Shown: piece by piece, positions 37,466-46,911 of the stretch | Numbering within the stretch: position 1 is the first letter of the stretch | How the letters are laid out: every line of letters starts with the position of its first letter | IMG/VR virus record: IMGVR_UViG_3300025137_000040 | Coordinates: 1 to 59,043 of that record | DNA length: 59,043 bases | From: a virus | Lineage: Duplodnaviria; Caudoviricetes | Direction: 5' to 3' (one strand) | Translations under genes and position numbers: made by a program | Notes under the pieces: model-generated | What the model saw: only the letters and a program-made list of their open reading frames with translations | Told to the model about the DNA's origin: nothing | Database searches by the model: none

Positions 37466-37804
37466 CTAGGCTGCAGCTGGCACCTCGGCCTTAGCGGCCT
37501 TCTTAGCGGCCTTCTTAGCGGCCGTGGCTAACTCGATCTCGAGAGCTAGACTCTGGGTGTAGGAGTCGCGCCATGCCTTGGCGAACACCCTATACTCCGC
37601 GCGGGTTTCCTCGGAGATGTCCCCCGCTTTCCGTAGCTCAATGCCCTCGCGGGTGTCGGTGTAGTTGCCTTGGCGGTTAACTCGATCCTTCGAGATGTGG
37701 ACATCTAATAGGAACCTACGGTCCTTGTCCTGAGCTTTCAAGCGGCCACGTTCGGCGCGGGTTTCATTGAGACGCTGGGTGAGATATGCTGTGATTTCTT
37801 TCAT
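37466..37804 (-). CDS. Basic hypothetical protein with AAKKAAKKAAK tail, probably the first early gene
   Basis: ATG with A/C-rich leader; a 12-bp tandem repeat encodes the Lys/Ala tail. Confidence 0.65.
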   Translation of the reverse strand: MKEITAYLTQRLNETRAERGRLKAQDKDRRFLLDVHISKDRVNRQGNYTDTREGIELRKAGDISEETRAEYRVFAKAWRDSYTQSLALEIELATAAKKAAKKAAKAEVPAAA

Positions 37805-38264
37805 TTTGTTTTTGGTTGTTAGTTAATAAGGCCTTTGGTGGCCATAAGGGTAGACAGCGCAGCATTCCGCCCCCATACCACCACGGGAGGGGGTGGCCCC
37901 CCCTCCGACCGGCCGCCCCCTTATTATCACTCCTTATAAAAATCCCTGGCCCAAATCTATTCTATACGTATTAAACTAGGGCTAACCACCGTATAAGAGG
38001 ATTACTGTCCCACTGAAGTGGATTTACTTTTTGGAAAACCCACTCCCTTAACTCGTTGCTGCACAACGCTTTGGGGCTACCAAGTGTATATTATTATTAT
38101 ATTATTAAAAAGAGAAAGTTAACCCTAGAGAGAAGGTGCAATTCGGCCCAGGCCCAGGAGGTGAAAACGCAACACGGCCTAGGGAACGAGAGTTGCGAGG
38201 GGTCTGTTTTTACCTACTAAGCCACTTCAACGCCCTAACACGCTCGTTATCAACGATTTATACA

Positions 38265-38295
38265 CAAAAAAAGGGAGTGGGTTAATCCACTCCCT
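38265..38295 (-). terminator. Intrinsic terminator after the replication operon
   Basis: - strand reads AGGGAGTGG-ATTAAC-CCACTCCCT followed by a T-run. Confidence 0.7.
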
Positions 38296-38331
38296 CCTCT
38301 ATGGTTTATCAGTCGAGCTTGGTAACTATGG

Positions 38332-40455
38332 TTATTGTGTGCCAAAGTCTATCTCATATATAGACTTCCCGTCTCGAACCCGCTTGTGGATGGACGGGCT
38401 CTTGCTGGCGAGTTTGGATAGGGTCCTCCCAAACCCCCGAGGGTTGAGTCCTGAAACCAGACCTCGAAGTTCATCGTGTAGACTGAGGTCGGCTAGCAGA
38501 GAGCTAGTTGTGCCCTCCCATGCTTTACTACCGTTCGCTGCCCACCAGTGCTCAAGGAGTTCCAAGTCTCTCATCTCGGGTGTGAGGTCCTCAGCTTCAA
38601 TCATCAATTCCTTGTGGTGGTAGGGGTGAACCCCATATCGGGGGCTGGCCCCTTTTGTTACCTCCTCAGGTGGCCGGTAGTCCAGCAGCCAAGCCAAGAA
38701 CCAAGGTAGCTCCTCTTCGATCACCTTGCCAATCTCGTCGAGGTTCTTCAGTTTTCTGAACCAGGGGAGGTAGTCCTCCTTGAGCTTCAGAATCATCAGT
38801 TTGTCTAGGATGGTGCCATCCAGGTTTGGTAGAACCGCGAGAGAGTCGGCGTCGGTGTTGGTGGTTATCACAACCCGGCCCCTGCGCTCAACCATGACTG
38901 GATTCATATACATGACTCGGTAGGGGATAGCGGGGGTGGCTGTCACTTTCTTGAGCATCTCGGAGAACCTTTTGTGGGTGCGGAAGTCCGCCGCGCTCAC
39001 GTTGTCATCGATCTGCCACACGGCGCTCTCCAGAAGCTCCCCATTGAAGGACTCGCCCCCCATGAGATAGTCTCCCGCGTCTGCCCCTCCACCAAATATC
39101 TTCGGCAGAATAAAGCAACTGAAGAGACTCTTTCCCTGATCCGCCCCTCCTGCCAAAATCAGGCTTTGACCTGGCTTGAGGTTGCCAGACCTGGCGCCCT
39201 CGTAGAAGTGTTTCAGCCAACCGAAGAAATAGCTCGTCCCGCCGTCTAACCACGTAGACCACCAATCCAGCAAGTTCTTACATTTTGCTTCATCGACATG
39301 GTCAGCTGGTTCCATTGCTCTTTTGTGCTTTACCGTGTTGACATATTCCTGGCCTCGGTAGACCGCGACTTCATCAAAATTGAAAAGAAAAGGAGCCGCA
39401 CCTTTGACTCGACGGTGACTCTGGATAAAGCACAGTAGTTCATCAATTTCGCTGGCTGGGTCTCCTTTCTTTCTCGCGTTGTGGCTGAACCCCGCCAACC
39501 GCATGTGCATTGAGAGGTCTTCCTTTTGAAGTGTTGCCCAGTTGTCTGTGCCATCCTTTACCCAGTATCGTTTACCATCGAAGTAGGTGTCCTCCACCGC
39601 ATCCTGTATTCGTTTCTCTTTGAACTCTTTTACGAACTTGGCTCCAAGGATTTCTTCCCAGCCCACAAAGGACTTACCGGCTCTGGTCGAGTGACACCAC
39701 ATGCCACCTTCCTGAACTACTGCTCCGATTCGGTCTATACCATCATCTATCCAGAATAGTGGCCCTCTGGCCCCAAGATCAAAGGTTCCCTTCCAACGGT
39801 TGGGGAATCTTTTCTCCACCTCCTCAGCTAGGGTATCCATAGGTATTCGAACACCACCCTTCGGCCCCGCAGCTTTAGTAGCGGCCTCGAAGAAGACGGT
39901 CTCGGTTTTAATCTTAGGAACAGTCTGCCCGGATACTTTCATCCAGCTGGTTCCCAACTCCCAGTATTGATTCAGGTTATAGGAACAGTCATCGAAGCCT
40001 GGTAGCAGCTTAATAGCTTTAGTTTCCGCAAAGATCAGCTTCACCAGCTTTTTAGCGAGTTCGGCGTTGTCCACCATGAGTGGCTCCTCGAATTCCCATA
40101 TGGCTCTGGCTTTGCCACTGAATGTTTTTGACACCCATGTTGGGGCCCACCCACCTGGGGCCTTCTTTTTAATAAGCTCTACCAAGTCACTACCATAGGT
40201 CGTGGGTAGGTCTCCATCGTAGTCAGCTGCTACTCCGTACAGTCGGAAGGGCTCGTTGGTTCCACCAACCCTTTTGCCAGGGGTCGTACCCTCCACAAGT
40301 GTGTAGAAGAAGTGTTTGGTATCTTCGTCAGCACACCATTCTCGGAACCCTTGTTTGTCTGCAAAGGTTGGGGGTTTGGCTGTTATCAGTGAGGGATGAC
40401 CGTTGAGTTTTTTAGCTGTTGATGTTTTGAGATTTTGAAGTGTGAAATAAGTCAT
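38332..40455 (-). CDS. Primase-helicase (primase-like N-terminus, SF3/VirE-like NTPase)
   Basis: ADYDG and SKTFSGKAR in the N-terminus; GGADQGKS Walker A, FNGEL, QIDD and ITTN motifs; ATGA-coupled to the polymerase. Confidence 0.8.
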   Translation of the reverse strand: MTYFTLQNLKTSTAKKLNGHPSLITAKPPTFADKQGFREWCADEDTKHFFYTLVEGTTPGKRVGGTNEPFRLYGVAADYDGDLPTTYGSDLVELIKKKAPGGWAPTWVSKTFSGKARAIWEFEEPLMVDNAELAKKLVKLIFAETKAIKLLPGFDDCSYNLNQYWELGTSWMKVSGQTVPKIKTETVFFEAATKAAGPKGGVRIPMDTLAEEVEKRFPNRWKGTFDLGARGPLFWIDDGIDRIGAVVQEGGMWCHSTRAGKSFVGWEEILGAKFVKEFKEKRIQDAVEDTYFDGKRYWVKDGTDNWATLQKEDLSMHMRLAGFSHNARKKGDPASEIDELLCFIQSHRRVKGAAPFLFNFDEVAVYRGQEYVNTVKHKRAMEPADHVDEAKCKNLLDWWSTWLDGGTSYFFGWLKHFYEGARSGNLKPGQSLILAGGADQGKSLFSCFILPKIFGGGADAGDYLMGGESFNGELLESAVWQIDDNVSAADFRTHKRFSEMLKKVTATPAIPYRVMYMNPVMVERRGRVVITTNTDADSLAVLPNLDGTILDKLMILKLKEDYLPWFRKLKNLDEIGKVIEEELPWFLAWLLDYRPPEEVTKGASPRYGVHPYHHKELMIEAEDLTPEMRDLELLEHWWAANGSKAWEGTTSSLLADLSLHDELRGLVSGLNPRGFGRTLSKLASKSPSIHKRVRDGKSIYEIDFGTQ

Positions 40456-42200
40456 TTGGTGTAGTGCGGAGATTTGATTACTTCTGTTCCGAGTGGGAGC
40501 GATCGGATCCACTCAGGAGGGGAGGTCATAATTTTGTGTATGACCTTTGCCAATTCCTCGGCTTTGCTTTCCTCTACTTCGAAGACCACCTCATCGTGGA
40601 CCCTCAGTATCGGTTTTAAGTCTGCCTTCAGCAGTTCGAGGACACGGTCCATGAACACATCTCGGGCAAGAGCCTGAGTTGCATTCTCGACAAGTATCCC
40701 GTGCCAGACTTTGTGGCGTATCATCCGACCCCCTCGGGGCATCATTGCGCTGGTTCCATTCTTAGTGGAGACATCGCGGTAAGGGATGGACCTTCCTGAA
40801 GGGAGTGCCAGGCGGAACTCTTTGTCTGGTTCTCTGGAGGACTCCATAAAGCCTCGCTTCAGTTTTCCCCACAGCGCAACAACCTTAGGGTTGCGGTGCC
40901 GGTAGAGTTGAGTGAGCCGCTTCGCCTCATGCAGAGGGAGTCCTGCTACGGAGGCAAATCGCTCTGCACCCATCGCAAACTGACAGCCTAGGCTTAGCGC
41001 TTTGAGAGTGTCCCTTAGGTTGGGATCATTCTCTTTCAAGGGCCCTTCTTGACTGTAGAGGCCCATCGCCCTCCCAACAGCTTCATACCAGTCCACGCCC
41101 TCTTCAGCTAGTTTCAGGAGATCCCGATCACCAGCTAGCCAGGCTATTACTCTGGCTTCGATCTGACTCAGATCAGCGATGAGGAGGGTGTTGCCGGGTC
41201 TAGCCTCGATGAGGCTCCTCATATCAACACCATACAGCTGGCCTTTCGACATGTTCTGTACGTTGAAGCCCGAGTCCCCCGAGTCTCTGCCGGTGAGGTT
41301 GGCCCCAAAGTATTTCATTCCGAAGGGGAGGGTGCCATCTTTTCTGACCCGCCTCTGCATGGACTGCAACTTCTTGATCATCGCGTTGGCCCCCCTGAGA
41401 GTCCAGGTAAGCTCTAACACTTTGCCTTCTTCCGGATTTTCCTCGACCCAGTCGATCGTATCCGGATCGTCTTTGGCCATAGTGTCAGGTGGCAGCTTGT
41501 CGCGAGACCTAACCCAGTTTGCCCACTCGATAGGACTTAACGCCGCTCGGTCATCATCATGCCAAGGTATGCCATCCCTGGCCTGGGCGATAACATTGTG
41601 AAGGTGGGTAATTGAATCATCGAGCTTTTGACTGTTGATCGGCATGCCAGCCCAGCACATGCGCGTGGTTTCTCGGGAAAGTTCCCGTTCCCACTCTGGC
41701 CATGTTGGGGAAAGCTCCTTCCACAGAAGATAGCAATACTGCGAATCATCGAGCGCATACTGAGCAACCTCCTTTTGGAAGTCCTCGCTCATGGTTTCCC
41801 AATTGAGACCCTTCATGTTGTCCCGAGTGCCTTTGGATATATCAACCGAAAACACCTCTTTACAGGACTCCTTGAGAGAGCGGGGGAAGCCGTGGTAGGC
41901 AGCGCAGTCTGCAGAGCAGTGCCAATCTGCTGGACCTATACCTGGCTTTACCCAGTCGTGGCTCAACAAATTCCAGAGCCCCTCATCGAAGGACCGGTTG
42001 TGACTGATCCACGTATGTCCGCATATGCCTTCCCACGGGGCATCCTTTGGGTGTCCCACCCAGTTGAAGTCCTCGTCTCCCCAGATTGAGACCATGTAGC
42101 AGTCGAAGTCCGGGTGGTTGACATAGTTTTCCAGACCGTTGGTTATTGAACAGTCGTTTGAGTAGTATGACTCGAAGTCGATTGCGTAAGTCTTTGTCAT
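40452..42200 (-). CDS. pol: DNA polymerase family A with 3'-5' exonuclease
   Basis: IDFESY (ExoI), HNRSFD, YALDD, TGRDSG, ADLSQIEARV (motif A) and RVHDEVV (motif C). Confidence 0.92.
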   Translation of the reverse strand: MTKTYAIDFESYYSNDCSITNGLENYVNHPDFDCYMVSIWGDEDFNWVGHPKDAPWEGICGHTWISHNRSFDEGLWNLLSHDWVKPGIGPADWHCSADCAAYHGFPRSLKESCKEVFSVDISKGTRDNMKGLNWETMSEDFQKEVAQYALDDSQYCYLLWKELSPTWPEWERELSRETTRMCWAGMPINSQKLDDSITHLHNVIAQARDGIPWHDDDRAALSPIEWANWVRSRDKLPPDTMAKDDPDTIDWVEENPEEGKVLELTWTLRGANAMIKKLQSMQRRVRKDGTLPFGMKYFGANLTGRDSGDSGFNVQNMSKGQLYGVDMRSLIEARPGNTLLIADLSQIEARVIAWLAGDRDLLKLAEEGVDWYEAVGRAMGLYSQEGPLKENDPNLRDTLKALSLGCQFAMGAERFASVAGLPLHEAKRLTQLYRHRNPKVVALWGKLKRGFMESSREPDKEFRLALPSGRSIPYRDVSTKNGTSAMMPRGGRMIRHKVWHGILVENATQALARDVFMDRVLELLKADLKPILRVHDEVVFEVEESKAEELAKVIHKIMTSPPEWIRSLPLGTEVIKSPHYTK

Positions 42201-42472
42201 ACTGCTTCGAGGAAGAGTGGAGTTCCGGGTCCGAGATAGGCTCCCTTTTGATTAAAGTAGAAGTATTCACGGGCCTCTTCGCCAGACATGCCTTGCGCCA
42301 TGAGTATTTCTAGAACTTTGTCCACCTCATAGGTCACACAGAGGTCTCCCTGAAAAGTTTCAATTATTCCAATGACGGCCTCGTCGAAACCGTCCATCAT
42401 TAAAATGTCTTCTCCGTAGTCTTCTGAAATTCTTTCCCTTACTTGGTTTCCGATTTTAGGCCCTGTTTCCAT
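42197..42472 (-). CDS. Conserved small phage protein (DGFDEAVIG...EEAREYF.FN..GAY.G..TP)
   Basis: Motif pattern recalled from aquatic phages. Confidence 0.7.
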   Translation of the reverse strand: METGPKIGNQVRERISEDYGEDILMMDGFDEAVIGIIETFQGDLCVTYEVDKVLEILMAQGMSGEEAREYFYFNQKGAYLGPGTPLFLEAV

Positions 42473-42504
42473 TTCGGGTTCTTGCGTTGGTTATAGACAT
42501 CGCC

Positions 42505-42540
42505 AAAAAATGGGGTGGCCTCGTATGTCGAGACCACCCC
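42505..42540 (-). terminator. Intrinsic terminator after the SSB-like gene
   Basis: GGGGTGGTCTCG / CGAGGCCACCCC stem followed by T6 on the - strand. Confidence 0.7.
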
Positions 42541-42563
42541 TCTTGTGCGGATTGGAGCGGTTG

Positions 42564-43298
42564 TTATTTTATCGACTCGATGAAATCGATAACGTCACCT
42601 TCGTGGTTACTATCTTTGGAGAAGACAGGAACGTAGTAGACATTTCCTTCCCATTCTTTTTTGGTCGATGTTATTGACCAACGAATAGAAGAGAGAGGTT
42701 TGCCCCGTAGATATAGCGCCTGTTGAAGGACTGGCTCTGCAGCTGGCTTGAAGGAGCTTTTAGAAGCGGTCAAGGCGGCCATCGAATAGTTAACGCCTTC
42801 GAACTCAAATGGGAATAGATCCAAATGCTCTTCCCCTAGCTTTTTAGGTGCCTCAACCAAAAGACGAAAGTCTGCCTTCGGGCGGTAACGGGCTTGGCTT
42901 TTGTAATCCAGAGAACCACCATTGGCAATTACCTCAGCTTCTGTCGCGAAAACCTTTGGGAGATCATCTCCTCCCCACGCAACGTCTTCCTGAAAGGTCT
43001 TAGCCAGATCCATTACGGTAACGTATAGAGGCTCGCCTACTTTTACGAGAGGGGCTACCTTCTGAAACACAATGGATCCAGGGAGGAAACCATCATCCAC
43101 TAGTGCCGAGGTTTTAGCCACGACGTTCAGTCGGGGTGGTTTGATGTCAGCGGTTGTGAACTCTCCTGATAGTCCTTCTACACCCACGTTTAGTTTGGGT
43201 GAGGTGGCTACCAAGCTTCCTTTTTCTGAATCAACTACCGCTACTTCAGTGTTATCGGAAGCATCTTCCATTTCATTAAATGTCATCGTCTTGCTCAT
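42564..43298 (-). CDS. Putative single-stranded DNA-binding / recombination protein
   Basis: Likely start MSKTMTF at 43298; DIKPPRL and YYVP motifs; lies between nuclease and polymerase. Confidence 0.5.
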   Translation of the reverse strand: MSKTMTFNEMEDASDNTEVAVVDSEKGSLVATSPKLNVGVEGLSGEFTTADIKPPRLNVVAKTSALVDDGFLPGSIVFQKVAPLVKVGEPLYVTVMDLAKTFQEDVAWGGDDLPKVFATEAEVIANGGSLDYKSQARYRPKADFRLLVEAPKKLGEEHLDLFPFEFEGVNYSMAALTASKSSFKPAAEPVLQQALYLRGKPLSSIRWSITSTKKEWEGNVYYVPVFSKDSNHEGDVIDFIESIK

Positions 43299-43378
43299 AT
43301 ATATATTTGTATTTTTCTTATTGTTTGCCTCGTGCGTCACCGGCAACCGTGCTAGGTAAATAGTATGTCCGCATATGG

Positions 43379-43576
43379 TTAAGCGCCGAAGAAGAACGTC
43401 CACATGGGTGCGGAGGGGTGTGCGGCTCGAAACGCTAGGTATCGCAGTAAAATGTAGGAAACTACTAGGATGGTTAATACCATCGGCACCCACATTAGGT
43501 GAGCCCAAAGTTTAAATCCCAGCCACTTGGCGTGAAGCTTGAGCTTCAACAGTTCAATTTTATTTTTCATCCTCAT
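43379..43576 (-). CDS. Small membrane protein
   Basis: One hydrophobic helix. Confidence 0.4.
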   Translation of the reverse strand: MRMKNKIELLKLKLHAKWLGFKLWAHLMWVPMVLTILVVSYILLRYLAFRAAHPSAPMWTFFFGA

Positions 43577-43578
43577 TG

Positions 43579-46047
43579 CTATTTAATCGCTGAGATCAGC
43601 TTAATCGGCTCTCCGTGGTGCACGGCACCGCTTTCATAGAGTTGTTTCATAACCTCCTCGACGCGCTTTTTCTTCTCACCTCTCTTTGAGTGCTTCGCTA
43701 TCAGGTCCTCGAACGCTCCGACCGGCACTCCTTTCAGTTCTTCAAGAAACTCGTCCAAAGGAACCTGATCTTTAACTAGTCCGTAGGCGGCCATAGCCGA
43801 GGTTATTTTACGGTCGCCACTTCTTTCCTTAACCTCGAAGCCAGGCACTTCGACCCCGTCTTCCAGCATTGATTTTTTAACCAGAGAATTTGTGCTTCGT
43901 ATAAACTCCTCAAGGATAGGGACTAACTTCTTACGCCTTGCCAGTTCCTCTGGGGATAGGTCGCAGCCCTCACCGCTCAGCCCAAGCTCTTCGAACTCGT
44001 CTAGGGCTTGGTGCTTAGCTACCTCTAGGGCTTTTGAAATGATTGCGGGGCAAGAACCAGCGCGAGCACAATAGTTGCACACTAGGTTAGTGGGGGAGAG
44101 AACAGCTAATAGTGCCTCCACCGATGTCTTGCCCCGCGCTTGATCCTCGAACATTTTCCTAGTCTCCTTGGCGGCTAGGATGATGTTGCGGATTTCTTCC
44201 ACCAGTTCTGCAGTGTCCTCGCGCTTGAACTGGTGGTGCAGCACTTCGTCCCGTCGGGGGATGACGAAGTAAAAGTCTACCGTTTGTATTTCAGGAAATT
44301 TTTGAAAGGCCCCCAGCGTGTAGGCTTTCGCTTGGAAGTTTTGCCCGGCTGGGTCAATTTTACCCACGCCGGTCTTGTAATCAATTTTGACCGCTTCTTT
44401 GCCCTTAACTAAAAGTACGTCACTCGTACCGAATGTCGAAAGTTCACCACCGAGGTCCATCTCTAGTCGGATCTCGTTGTAGTGGTCGCAGTCTTCGAAC
44501 ATATGCGACCGTATGATGGACTGGACACAGTTAAAGCACATCTGAGCGAGCGACTCTTCATAGTCATTGAGCGCTGTCCAGTCTCCAGTCTCGAGCGCGT
44601 CATGTATGCGGGTTCCCATCTCTGCTGCTGGGTTTGTTCCCCCTCGGTTGGCGTAGCCGGGACATTTGCGAAACATCTTCAAAGATGAAGGTCCAAATTG
44701 AGCGTGCTTCATTTCAGATGATACGGCTTTTTCTTCGGTTGGCATACGGCTACTAATACTATTTAATACGGGTTTTTCGTGAAGCAAACTAATATTTTCA
44801 CTTTTCTTAATCATTGCGGAGGAAACCTTCTCCTCAATAGTTCTGGCAGCTACCAAAACTCGCTGAACTGATTCACTCATTCCGCCTAGGCGGTCAATTC
44901 TGCCCAGGGTCTGAGACCAGTCCTCAGCGTTGTAAGTCGGTGATATTAGGGAGATTCTAGGGTGGTTACCATTTACGTCGTGGAGGCTCACTCCAACACC
45001 CCCTGCAGCGATGTTGGCCAGTATTACCGGCACCTCATCGCTTTGAAATCGCTCGATGGCTGAAGTTCGTTCTTCGGAACTTTGTCCTCCCCTAATAAAA
45101 ACAAAGGGAAGTTTCATTCTCCGCTCTATCGCATCCAGCGTGTCGGAGAAGTTCACAAACACCGCGACGTGCTTTCCGGTGTCCACCTCGTCGTTTACCA
45201 TCTCGACTATGTCTGGAACCTTTAACAGTTCAATCTGCTGTCTTAGCCGAAGGATTCTTGTCAGAGCGATTGGCTTGTCTCCGTCTCCCTCTCTTCGCGT
45301 GTCCAGAACCTCTAGTTCATCCTCGAGGTCGGCACACAGCTTCTCGATTTTTGCAGAGTCTCCAAAGTCTAGGCCTTCAGTTGAAATACTGGTTTGAGTG
45401 AAGTGGTCCCCCATATCTTCCCGCGTGAGACGGTGCCCTCGACCTGGGTAAATAAGCTCATTTAGTTTTTTCAGATTGCCCCTCGATTTATCAGGGAATT
45501 GGGCCGACCCGAAGGTATCAAAGGTGACTCCGAAGCGCTTTGCCCAAGCCCAGAAATCTCTGAGCTTATGCAGCCCAAGCGCATATCCAATCGCTTTCAG
45601 GTCTCGCGGGTCTTTGGCTGCCGTCGCCGACAACATAAGTACGCGAAACCCCTGGCTTTTTGCGGAGCACAGCAGCTTTGAGTTGAGGGACTTAACCCCT
45701 TTGCTTTTGTGAACCTCATCGAAAATCACGAGTGATCCTTCTGGTAGACTCCACTCCATAGACTGCCGGTTTCTTTTTACCCAAGGGGTATTGCCAGTCC
45801 TGAGCTTTTCATAGTTGATAACCTCAAGGACGTTGACCCCCTGCTCCTCAAAGGCTGATCGCCACGAGGGGACCACAACTTTTGGGCAAACCACAAATGC
45901 GTTGCAACCTAGCGACCTTGCGATTTCTACCGCCTTGAGAGTCTTACCGGTACCCGTATCAGAGCTATCGAGTGCTGCTCCATGTGAATGCAGGGCCGAG
46001 AGTAGGCTATCGTGACTCTCCTGCTGTGGTGGGAAGAGGGTCTTCAC
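43579..46047 (-). CDS. SF2 (SNF2-like) helicase fused to DUF2800/Cas4-like PD-(D/E)XK nuclease
   Basis: DTGTGKT, FDEVH, LSAT, GGVGVSL, QTLGRIDR; then HAQFGPSS...CPG, GTRIH, GTSD, IDYKTG, CNYC...C. Confidence 0.85.
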   Translation of the reverse strand: MKTLFPPQQESHDSLLSALHSHGAALDSSDTGTGKTLKAVEIARSLGCNAFVVCPKVVVPSWRSAFEEQGVNVLEVINYEKLRTGNTPWVKRNRQSMEWSLPEGSLVIFDEVHKSKGVKSLNSKLLCSAKSQGFRVLMLSATAAKDPRDLKAIGYALGLHKLRDFWAWAKRFGVTFDTFGSAQFPDKSRGNLKKLNELIYPGRGHRLTREDMGDHFTQTSISTEGLDFGDSAKIEKLCADLEDELEVLDTRREGDGDKPIALTRILRLRQQIELLKVPDIVEMVNDEVDTGKHVAVFVNFSDTLDAIERRMKLPFVFIRGGQSSEERTSAIERFQSDEVPVILANIAAGGVGVSLHDVNGNHPRISLISPTYNAEDWSQTLGRIDRLGGMSESVQRVLVAARTIEEKVSSAMIKKSENISLLHEKPVLNSISSRMPTEEKAVSSEMKHAQFGPSSLKMFRKCPGYANRGGTNPAAEMGTRIHDALETGDWTALNDYEESLAQMCFNCVQSIIRSHMFEDCDHYNEIRLEMDLGGELSTFGTSDVLLVKGKEAVKIDYKTGVGKIDPAGQNFQAKAYTLGAFQKFPEIQTVDFYFVIPRRDEVLHHQFKREDTAELVEEIRNIILAAKETRKMFEDQARGKTSVEALLAVLSPTNLVCNYCARAGSCPAIISKALEVAKHQALDEFEELGLSGEGCDLSPEELARRKKLVPILEEFIRSTNSLVKKSMLEDGVEVPGFEVKERSGDRKITSAMAAYGLVKDQVPLDEFLEELKGVPVGAFEDLIAKHSKRGEKKKRVEEVMKQLYESGAVHHGEPIKLISAIK

Positions 46048-46592
46048 TTGTCTGGCTGAGGTTTCTTTTTAAGTTCAAATTTAGTCGTGGGCGGCCACGG
46101 CTTCCAGGTCATGGAATCTGTGACCAGACTACCTCTGCTCTCTAGTTGTCTTATCTCTAATTCACTTTTGTGGACCCGCCCAAGCCAGTGGTCTATCTCA
46201 TGTCGAGACAGGCTCTCTATCGTAGTGGGTGAGTCATCCCAAAGGTCTGAGATACCAATGGTGTTCATGTTACTGAAGCCCTGAAATATTTTACCATAAA
46301 CAATGTGGGAGGCTATTGACCTCGGGAAGAATCTAACATCTATGCCCTTTTTCCCCTCATAGAACCAGACGCTCCAATAGAAGGCTCCATCGGAGCTGTT
46401 GAATCCAGAAATGACGGAGTCACGTTCTCTCTGGGACCATAGTTCCTCCTGGGCAAACGTAACGGGCTCCCAGTGGTCTGCCTCTTCCGCAGTGATTCTT
46501 TTTGGCTTACCACAAGCCCCCAGGGTCAAGGCTATAATAAGAAGGCCGAGTCGCGGAAGAAGCCGCCGGGAACTATTTCCAGATCTTCTCAT
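46044..46592 (-). CDS. Putative lipoprotein with HExxH motif
   Basis: LLIIALTLGA-C lipobox; RHEIDHW. Confidence 0.55.
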   Translation of the reverse strand: MRRSGNSSRRLLPRLGLLIIALTLGACGKPKRITAEEADHWEPVTFAQEELWSQRERDSVISGFNSSDGAFYWSVWFYEGKKGIDVRFFPRSIASHIVYGKIFQGFSNMNTIGISDLWDDSPTTIESLSRHEIDHWLGRVHKSELEIRQLESRGSLVTDSMTWKPWPPTTKFELKKKPQPDK

Positions 46593-46911
46593 GCTGGAGC
46601 ACTTTAACAATCTCCTCAAAGTCCGACGCTGACATGACCACTATCTCCCCTTGATTCGGGATCTTATGATATACGATATTATATGATTCATCGCCCGGCA
46701 TATGGGCGAGGACCTTTCTGAAGTTAGGCTGATTTTTTGTCCGCTTCGCCTGAACGTGGAGCGGGGGAGTCTCAACAAAATCAACTCCCATATCGTCCAT
46801 CATCTTCGAGGCGAACCGAGAGGTTTGACAGTTTTCCCAACCCAGCCCAATAAAGCGTTTTCGAAGCTCTCGCTCGTAAGCGTGTCCGACTTGACGGCTA
46901 TTTACTGGCAT
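46573..46911 (-). CDS. Holliday junction resolvase-like PD-(D/E)XK nuclease
   Basis: NSRQVGHAYERE...GVDF...HVQAKR. Confidence 0.7.
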   Translation of the reverse strand: MPVNSRQVGHAYERELRKRFIGLGWENCQTSRFASKMMDDMGVDFVETPPLHVQAKRTKNQPNFRKVLAHMPGDESYNIVYHKIPNQGEIVVMSASDFEEIVKVLQHEKIWK

